Shown here: piece by piece, positions 36,675 through 44,544 of the stretch
Numbering within the stretch: the stretch's first letter is position 1
Layout: each line of letters opens with the position of its first letter
NCBI RefSeq assembly: GCF_001194135.2
Contig: NC_068985.1
Span: forward strand, 87,086,588-87,131,131
Direction: 5' to 3'
DNA length: 44,544 nucleotides
DNA from: Octopus bimaculoides
Taxonomy: Eukaryota
The notes under the pieces: generated by a model
Told to the model about the DNA's origin: nothing
The model's input: only the letters and a program-made list of their open reading frames with translations
Database searches by the model: none
Program-made: the position numbers and the translations under genes

Positions 36675-37365
36675 AGGTACATTTCAGGTTTCGGCTACAT
36701 ATAACAGGAAACCATCCACAGCTAAAGAATTTCAAAATATCTCAGTCTATCTATCTATCTCTCTCTCTCTATTTGTCTGTCTGTTTGTCTCTCTATTTAT
36801 CTATACACTCACACACACACAAAATCTGAATGTATATATGTATGTGTGTAATTAATAAGATTTATCTTTTGAGGAAGTGGTGAGAATTAATTCACCTACA
36901 ATTGTAGCAGAGCAGTTATCGCATAAGCAGTTTTTATGAATATTTGAGAAAATGAAAAGCAATTAAAAAGATGGATGGCTAACATCATAAGAGGCTGAAA
37001 TAATAACAAGAGGAGTGAGAGAGTAAGACCATAGTAAAGGCTTCTATTGTTTATAAATTACTATCAGTCACAAACTTGACCTTAACCAGAAGCCAATAAA
37101 ATCATCCCCAACTTCAGAATTATTACAATCAAGGGCCAACAACAACTAAAAGGCTGAAGTCTCTACCTTTATATCATAAGACTGGCTGGAAGCTATGAGC
37201 AGTTGTAATATCTTGCCATTGTCTTGTGTGACAGAGAGGAGAAATAGACTGGAGAAGTTGGTAAACTATTGAGAACAAAAACAGGAAAAGTCAAATACAG
37301 TAATGACTGAGTTGAATACAAAATTCTTTGCTTTGGCATGAATGGTTGGAATCCATGTCACAGAG

Positions 37366-37640
37366 AAATGGTTCTCAATCATTTTTGCCAATGAACCCAT
37401 TTGATTACCAATTTTATTCAGGTTCACCTTTGTAGCCATAAAATGTTTAAAAATGTCCTGTAATACGTTTATAATTAGATATTATGAAATGTATTTAAAA
37501 AATTGTCAAAACATTTTGTGTATTGCAGAATTATTACTAATGATTTGCACAAAAATTTTTAACCCCAAAATCTTCAGTACTCCTTATATACACCTTATAT
37601 GCAGCCCAAGAGTCATGTGGACCTCAAATAAGAAGCATTG
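37366..37640. mobile_element. Older hAT/Charlie-like MITE
   Basis: Left end aaatggttctcaa and right end taagaagcattg are degenerate TIRs. Right flank GTCTAGAG fits NTCTAGAN; left flank (g)tcacagag is decayed. Confidence 0.45.
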
Positions 37641-37954
37641 GTCTAGAGGAGATGGGAGTCGTCTTCCTCAAAGAATTCCACGATTCCTGCAAGTACAGTA
37701 AACTGAATGTTAAGAAGATAACAACAATGATGTTAATAGTGACTTACAATAGAATAATTCCTGTCTTTTACTGTAGAGTGGGGAGTTTATGTATGTTTGG
37801 GCAGACATAAGCAATTAGCTTGTCAGAAATATTCTTTTCATTAATGACATTTTTCATATTTTAAATTCTTCAAATGTGACAATTGTTCACAAATTCCTAT
37901 GTTAGCCACTGGCAATTGCACTAGTTTTCAGAAACATATCTTATTTTTTTACAG

Positions 37955-38047
37955 CAATCCATTTCAAATGTGGACAGTTTGTCACTTAAGAATGAAGAAA
38001 AGCAGAATGTGATTAAAATGGTTAAGCAACACCTGAGCTCCAACAGT
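37955..38047 (+). CDS. Candidate internal exon QSISNVDSLSLKNEEKQNVIKMVKQHLSSNS, phase 0->0
   Basis: Strong acceptor atcttatttttttacAG| and donor |GTAAAT. The 93 bp are open in frame. Confidence 0.42.
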
Positions 38048-38588
38048 GTAAATATACAAAAATAATTAGAACATTTTAAACAGCATAGGGCAAGAAGACA
38101 GTTTGCATGGCAACATTACAAGAGGTAGAAACTCTTGTTATTTTCCATATCACATCTTATAACAACAAGATTTGAAGATTTAAATAATGTGTTGATGCTT
38201 TGAGTAAAGAATGAAGAAATCTGTTGCTTATTGTCTTATTGTCATAAAATCTTTTAGTTGACAATGTGTTTATTAATATCTCTCGGTCAGCTGCTGTGTT
38301 TATTTCTCTGTATGGGACAAATACACACACACACACACTTACTTGGTCATTGTGATGTCTCGGCTAACTGAGCTTCTTAGCAGATTTGATTCTTCTCTCA
38401 GTAAAGAGTCACAACAATCAACCAAAGTTTTCTTCTTCTTTTTCTTAGACTTGCTTTATAATAATTTGATCAGAGTTTCTCCTGTTTCTTAGTTATTACA
38501 GAATTATCCAATATGTTCATCTTCTGAGAACCATGCTCAAGCCACATAAACAATAGGGGGTCATTCCTTTCAATAAAAGGTTAATATT

Positions 38589-38812
38589 CTTTTCTACTCT
38601 AAGCACAAGGTCTGAAATTTTTAGGGAGGTGGGGGGGGGGGCAGTCGATTAGATCGACCTCAATACGCAACTGGTACTTAATTTATCGACCTCAAAAGGA
38701 TGAAAGGCAAAGTCAGCATTGGCGGAATTTGAACTCAGAATGTAAAGACAGACGAAATACTGCTAAGTGTTTTTACTGGTGCGCTAACGTTTCTGCCAGC
38801 TCCCACTGCCTT
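38589..38812 (-). mobile_element. SINE family 2, full length with a degenerate 17-bp TSD
   Basis: aataaaaggttaatatt (38572-38588) versus aataagagcttaatatt (38813-38829), two mismatches. Confidence 0.85.
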
Positions 38813-39375
38813 AATAAGAGCTTAATATTGAACATGTTATCATCTTTCAAGATATTCTCGCTAAGTTGTACATAAATTACAATTGCTAACCAGTAGTTAA
38901 AAAATGCTCAAAAAAAAAAAAGTAAAAAATGCTGAATGTGCTCCTAAGTATTCACTAATTTAGATTATTTGGTTAAAATTGCAAAGCAATGGTTTATTTT
39001 TCACAACTTCTGGTACCATTAATGTAAGGAGATGCATGTTCTATAATAAAACAAATGATCTGTGTTGTTAATATTATTATCCTTTCAATTCCAAATGTAT
39101 TTGGAAAATATAGTTGTGAGTCATTTACAAAGGTGTTTTATTATATACATATGTTGAGAGAATCCTTTTTAAAAGAATTTTCATTGAACTTTATATCATT
39201 TTCCACTTCCTTCTTAAATGTACTAGATTATTCACAAATCAATAAAGACTTAATTACTTATATCTCCATAAGTTTTGTCTATTTTTGATTCTGTATTGCT
39301 ATGCTGTTACTCAAACGTACAGTTCGACAAACAGCAGCATAATATGTGTACATGTGTGTGTATGTGTGTGTGCTT

Positions 39376-39442
<67 letters not shown>

Positions 39443-40086
39443 CAGTGAAAGATCCCATAAATGTTTGTCCTCTCATTGCTTTTGTTGTGCACAGCATTCT
39501 TGGATACAATAGCCATCATGTCTTCTTTTTAACTCTATAACATTGAGCCATTCAATCTGCCAAAATATACTGCTTATTGNNNNNNNNNNNNNNNNNNNNN
39601 NNNNNNNNNNNNNNNNNNNNNNNNNNNNNNNNNNNNNNNNNNNNNNNNNNNNNNNNNNNNNNNNNNNNNNNNNNNNNNNNNNNNNNNNNNNNNNNNNNNN
39701 NNNNNNNNNNNNNNNNNNNNNNNNNNNNNNNNNNNNNNNNNNNNNNNNNNNNNNNNNNNNNNNNNNNNNNNNNNNNNNNNNNNNNNNNNNNNNNNNNNNN
39801 NNNNNNNNNNNNNNNNNNNNNNNNNNNNNNNNNNNNNNNNNNNNNNNNNNNNNNNNNNNNNNNNNNNNNNNNNNNNNNNNNNNNNNNNNNNNNNNNNNNN
39901 NNNNNNNNNNNNNNNNNNNNNNNNNNTATATATATATATATATATATGCATACATACATACATACATATACAGACTTCTTACACACACATACATATATAT
40001 ATGTGCACGTATGTACGTATACTTGTATATATTGTGTATATATGAATAATATATATATGTATACATGTATATGTATATGTGTGTGC

Positions 40087-40137
<51 letters not shown>

Positions 40138-41317
40138 ATTCAGCAGTAATAACCAGACATTATGGATGCTTGCATGCCATAATGTTGTTCAAATATAAAG
40201 AACAGAGAGAGAGAGAAAAGAAAGTGAAGCCTATTGAAGGATATAATATAAAAAAAGAAAGGGAATGGAAAAAAGGAAGAAGGGCAGTAAAGAAATTGTA
40301 GAGGGTCTGAAGGATAGAAAAGGCAAAATTAAGGGAAAATAAGGAAAGAACAGAAAAAAAGTTTTAAAAATATTTAATAAATGAAAAGCATGAATGTGAG
40401 AGGAAAAGCTAAAAAGATGAAAACTAAAGAAAGAAAATATTGAAAATAGGCTGAAGAATTGAAAAAGCGAAAGAAATCTAAAGGTAAATGGTTAGCAAGA
40501 TGGGAATGGAATAATAGGAAGGAAATGAAAAAGAAGAAAGAGGAGAGAAGAATTAAAAAAGAAAAACGTAAAATGAAGAATGGTATAAAGGTAAAAGTGA
40601 AGGAAATTCAGAAAGTCAAAAATGTAAACAAATAAAAATAAATATGTAGAAATTAAAAAAAGTTAAAATGAATTTATTCAGATTCTAAGAAAACGGAAAT
40701 ACAAGAGAGAATTAAGGAAAAATCTGTGTTTATATATTTTCTATGTATTTTGTTTTGTGGAATTTTGGCCTTACTAATATTAAGAGAGATGATGCTTTTT
40801 GTACTTTTTCCTTTCTATATATGTGCACACACATATACTTGCACACATACACAATTTTATACACACACACACAAATGCATATAGATAAATAGATAGATAG
40901 ATAGATAGATGTAAATATATGAGTATATATATATATATAGAGAGAGAGAGATATGGGTGTATGTGTGTTTGTCTAAAAATTAACATGCTAAAGCACAAAT
41001 ATGCATGTAATTGTACATTCAAATCACTAACAGACATAAAAAAGCATGCATAAATATACATATATATATATATATATATAGTATATTTCAATATTCATTC
41101 ATTATTTATAAATCTATCTCTTCCTCTTTAATTTCTCTCACTTATAAATATACACCACTCTCTATCCTTCCCCCTGTTCATACATAAATTTTATATACTT
41201 ACATACATATGCATACAAACGCATATATATATATATATATAGATACATACATACACGCACATCCACATATATATATGCATGAATGTATGTGTATATATAC
41301 ATATATGTACATATGTG

Positions 41318-41381
<64 letters not shown>

Positions 41382-41448
41382 AACATACATAAATGTATAT
41401 TATAATATATATATGAAGTATAAATTTAACAATTCTCTATGTATTTAG

Positions 41449-41509
41449 AACTACCAGAATCGAGTATCTTTCGCAGTAAACTAAAATCCAAAAGAGAACA
41501 ACAATTTTC
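41449..41509 (+). CDS. Candidate exon (E)LPESSIFRSKLKSKREQQF, phase 1->2 (alternative donor at about 41476)
   Basis: Acceptor ttctctatgtatttAG| and donor |GTAAAA. An island of unique sequence between microsatellites. Confidence 0.27.
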
Positions 41510-42464
41510 GTAAAATCATTGGCTCCATACAACTTGTATTCTGAAAACATTGTCTCTAGAAATATTTCCAATTTAAGAGAAAAAAATTGACCACAATTCG
41601 AAAATAATAGAACAATTTATATATCTATATATGTATGTACACACACACAGACATGCACACACAGATATAGATATATATATATATGTATGTGTGTGTGCAT
41701 GTGTGTTTGTGTTTGCATGTATATATACATACAGAAATTGAATTGAAATGAATTGTGTATATATATCTATATATATAAATATATATATGTATATATATAC
41801 AAACATATATATATATATATATATATANNNNNNNNNNNNNNNNNNNNNNNNNNNNNNNNNNNNNNNNNNNNNNNNNNNNNNNNNNNNNNNNNNNNNNNNN
41901 NNNNNNNNNNNNNNNNNNNNNNNNNNNNNNNNNNNNNNNNNNNNNNNNNNNNNNNNNNNNNNNNNNNNNNNNNNNNNNNNNNNNNNNNNNNNNNNNNNNN
42001 NNNNNNNNNNNNNNNNNNNNNNNNNNNNNNNNNNNNNNNNNNNNNNNNNNNNNNNNNNNNNNNNNNNNNNNNNNNNNNNNNNNNNNNNNNNNNNNNNNNN
42101 NNNNNNNNNNNNNNNNNNNNNNNNNNNNNNNNNNNNNNNNNNNNNNNNNNNNNNNNNNNNNNNNNNNNNNNNNNNNNNNNNNNNNNNNNNNNNNNNNNNN
42201 NNNNNNNNNNNNNNNNNNNNNNNNNNNNNNNNNNNNNNNNNNNNNNNNNNNNNNNNNNNNNNNNNNNNNNNNNNNNNNNNNNNNNNNNNNNNNNNNNNNN
42301 NNNNNNNNNNNNNNNNNNNNNNNNNNNNNNNNNNNNNNNNNNNNNNNNNNNNNNNNNNNNNNNNNNNNNNNNNNNNNNNNNNNNNNNNNNNNNNNNNNNN
42401 NNNNNNNNNNNNNNNNNNNNNNNNNNNNNNNNNNNNNNNNNNNNNNNNNNNNNNNNNNNNNNNN

Positions 42465-42519
<55 letters not shown>

Positions 42520-42757
42520 TATGTGCATGTATTTATATATATGTGTGTATATTTATACATATATATGTATATACCCATACATTCATACCTTCTGACATAC
42601 ACACAAACACACACATGCATACAAACATATATATACATATAAATTCATAACTGTCTGACCCATGCCAGTATGGAAAAACAGGTATTAAATGATGATATAT
42701 ATATGTATGAATTTATACATTTGTATATATGAATCCATATGTAAGTTCGTCTATGTC

Positions 42758-42806
<49 letters not shown>

Positions 42807-43353
42807 GTATGTATGTATGTATGTATGTAAGTATGTATGTATGTATGTACATATGTAAGTACGTATGTGTGTGTGTATGTATTTATATTAGAGTTCTATG
42901 TGATTTTTATGTCTACAATGTGTCTCACTGTGTCTAGACACCCACAAAATTTCTTGTTTCTCTGGTTCCTGTTGCAACCAATATAACTTAACGTTTTTGT
43001 TTTATATTTAATGTTGCTTTGTTGTGTTTTTTTTTTGTTCTTCAATGTCCCATTACCAGCCACTTTACAGTAGACTCAAGGTGCCTTTTTGTGGCACAAA
43101 AGCACATAAGGAAGGATTAGCGTAACCTCTTCTTTCTCTCTCAGTATTCCTCAGTTGAATTACTGTTCTCTCACATCTGCAATGAGATAGAAATACACAG
43201 CAAATGTTATATTGTTTTCTATTCAGGGATTCACTCATCACTACTTTGTACAATAAACTTTGTGCTTCTATTATTTTACTCAGGAGATATCAAAATACAT
43301 GCTCACGTCTGACTTCTGTTCTTGCCAACATAATTTTCTACAGTCATTATGCA

Positions 43354-43745
43354 TTATTTTTCACTGTGGGTAGAGAAGGAAGTGTTACCATCCAACAAAT
43401 TGTTGAAAGGCATATGAGAATGGTGAGATGATCCAACTGAATGCGTCTGCTTTGAAGACTGGAGAAAGGTAGTTGGGAAGAGGGAAGTTGTTTTATTAAT
43501 CAGAATGAATATCGTTTTGGTGAGGTTTCTAAATCTAATCTTCAGATGTCTGCTCCTTCTGCTGAAATTTTCTAATTTTTCTCTCCTATTTTCATGTTTA
43601 TTCTTGAACCCCACATTGTATTGTTCTGTACCTTTATCAGTCTTTTTGCCAACCATTGCAGTAAAGAAACAAAATACTATTTTACCATTAAGTGAACTGG
43701 CTGAATTGTTAGCAATACCGAATAAAATGCTGCCAAATATTTTGT
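43354..43745 (-). mobile_element. Decayed LINE AP-endonuclease fragment (RTE-like), C-terminal half
   Basis: The 145-aa minus ORF contains KIVFCFFTAMVGKK (like KIV.GDFNAKVGK), KTIFILINK (like EIDFIL.NK) and VGSSHH (like GSDHR) in the correct order, with catalytic residues lost. Confidence 0.42.
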
Positions 43746-43890
43746 TCATCTTTCGGTTCTGAGTTCTACAATGGTCCACTCTACCTTTCATCCTTTTGGG
43801 GATGATAGAAATAAGTACCAGTTGAGCACATATAACTGACCACTTCCTCCCACCAAATCCCAGCCTTTGAACCTACAATAGAGAGGATTA
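43745..43890 (+). mobile_element. SINE family 2, 5'-truncated
   Basis: gttctgagttc...cctttcatccttttgggg...aagtaccagttgagcac. Confidence 0.7.
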
Positions 43891-43924
43891 TTAATATTGT
43901 TGTTTTTAATTTTAATTTTTATCA

Positions 43925-44095
43925 TTATTTCCCTCCGCCTTAGCGAAGATGGAGGTATTGTTTCTAGTCACGTGTGTTTGTTTGCTTGTTTGTCCATGGA
44001 CAAGATATCTCAAGAACTGCTGGATGGATTCGAATGAAACTTTCAGGGATGTTTGGCCTTGTGACTGGCACAAACTGATTGGATTTTGGGATTGT
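43925..44095 (+). mobile_element. Second HINE/DINE-1-like copy
   Basis: Colinear with 29821-30020 (ccatgga(c/t)aagatat...caagaac...ggatggatt...gccttgtgactggcac). Confidence 0.55.
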
Positions 44096-44289
44096 AGCAA
44101 CCTAGTCATGTCTACAGTTTCTGTAAACCCTCTAAACCCTCTGAGCAAGTATTTACATTTAAAGACTACATTCACAACCACCCTCTCTCCCCCTCTGCAC
44201 ACTTTGTGCAACCACGTTGTCTTCCTTGTCTGTGTTCTTATTGAAACATCCTGTTTTTGGTTTGTGCACGAGAAAACCCGGCAAGCCAA

Positions 44290-44544
44290 GTGAGACCTAG
44301 ATCTAAAGCCCAGCCAGCCCACTTATGCGTACCTTCCTTCCTTCATTGGACACTAAATTCCACTTGTGAAGACCTATTGAGGCAAGTGAAATCGAAATCG
44401 AGTTAAATTAAAATTGGATACTAAACCCCACTGCGAAGACCTGTTGAAGCAAGTGAAATAGAAATAGATTGTTGCCAGCGCCCCTGGACTGGCTCATGTG
44501 CGGGCGACACATGAAATCTTTCGAGCGGGATCGTTGCCAGTGCC
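44290..44544 (+). mobile_element. Family 5 retroposon, upstream and internal part, running off the window
   Basis: 44474-44544 is nearly identical to 22274-22345. It is preceded by a separate ~67-bp duplicated unit (ccact...gaagacct(a/g)ttga(g/a)gcaagtgaaat). Confidence 0.75.

Noticed and set aside
28-42937. Dozens of ORFs rich in YI, HT, CV, YLSI or X
   Set aside because: They are translations of (TA)n, (CA)n and (TAGA)n microsatellites and of N gaps, not genes.
43218-43425. + strand exon candidates near 43218-43425
   Set aside because: Several mutually incompatible acceptors and frames, partly overlapping a probable LINE endonuclease remnant on the minus strand.

Overview
This is an AT-rich, microsatellite-saturated eukaryotic window with eight assembly gaps, most of them beside (TA)n runs. 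The SINE families and repeat density point to a cephalopod, most likely Octopus; that is inferred from recalled repeat consensus sequences, not from a search. There is no recognisable long ORF, and most entries in the ORF track come from microsatellites or N runs. The window reads as intronic or intergenic DNA holding: (i) many tRNA-derived SINE copies from about five families; (ii) decayed RTE-like LINE fragments; (iii) short DNA elements: one clear hAT/Charlie MITE with a perfect 8-bp TSD, one piggyBac-type MITE and two HINE-like copies; (iv) short + strand exon candidates with canonical splice sites, three of which join in frame into a helical-looking peptide I cannot identify. The most interesting signal is a tRNA-headed SINE-like element at about 10965-11240. 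Its 3' part carries an essentially complete minimal type I hammerhead ribozyme of the Penelope-like-element kind (11142-11187). Two damaged motifs of the same style lie at about 33743 and 36625. No CRISPR array or prokaryotic system is supported.
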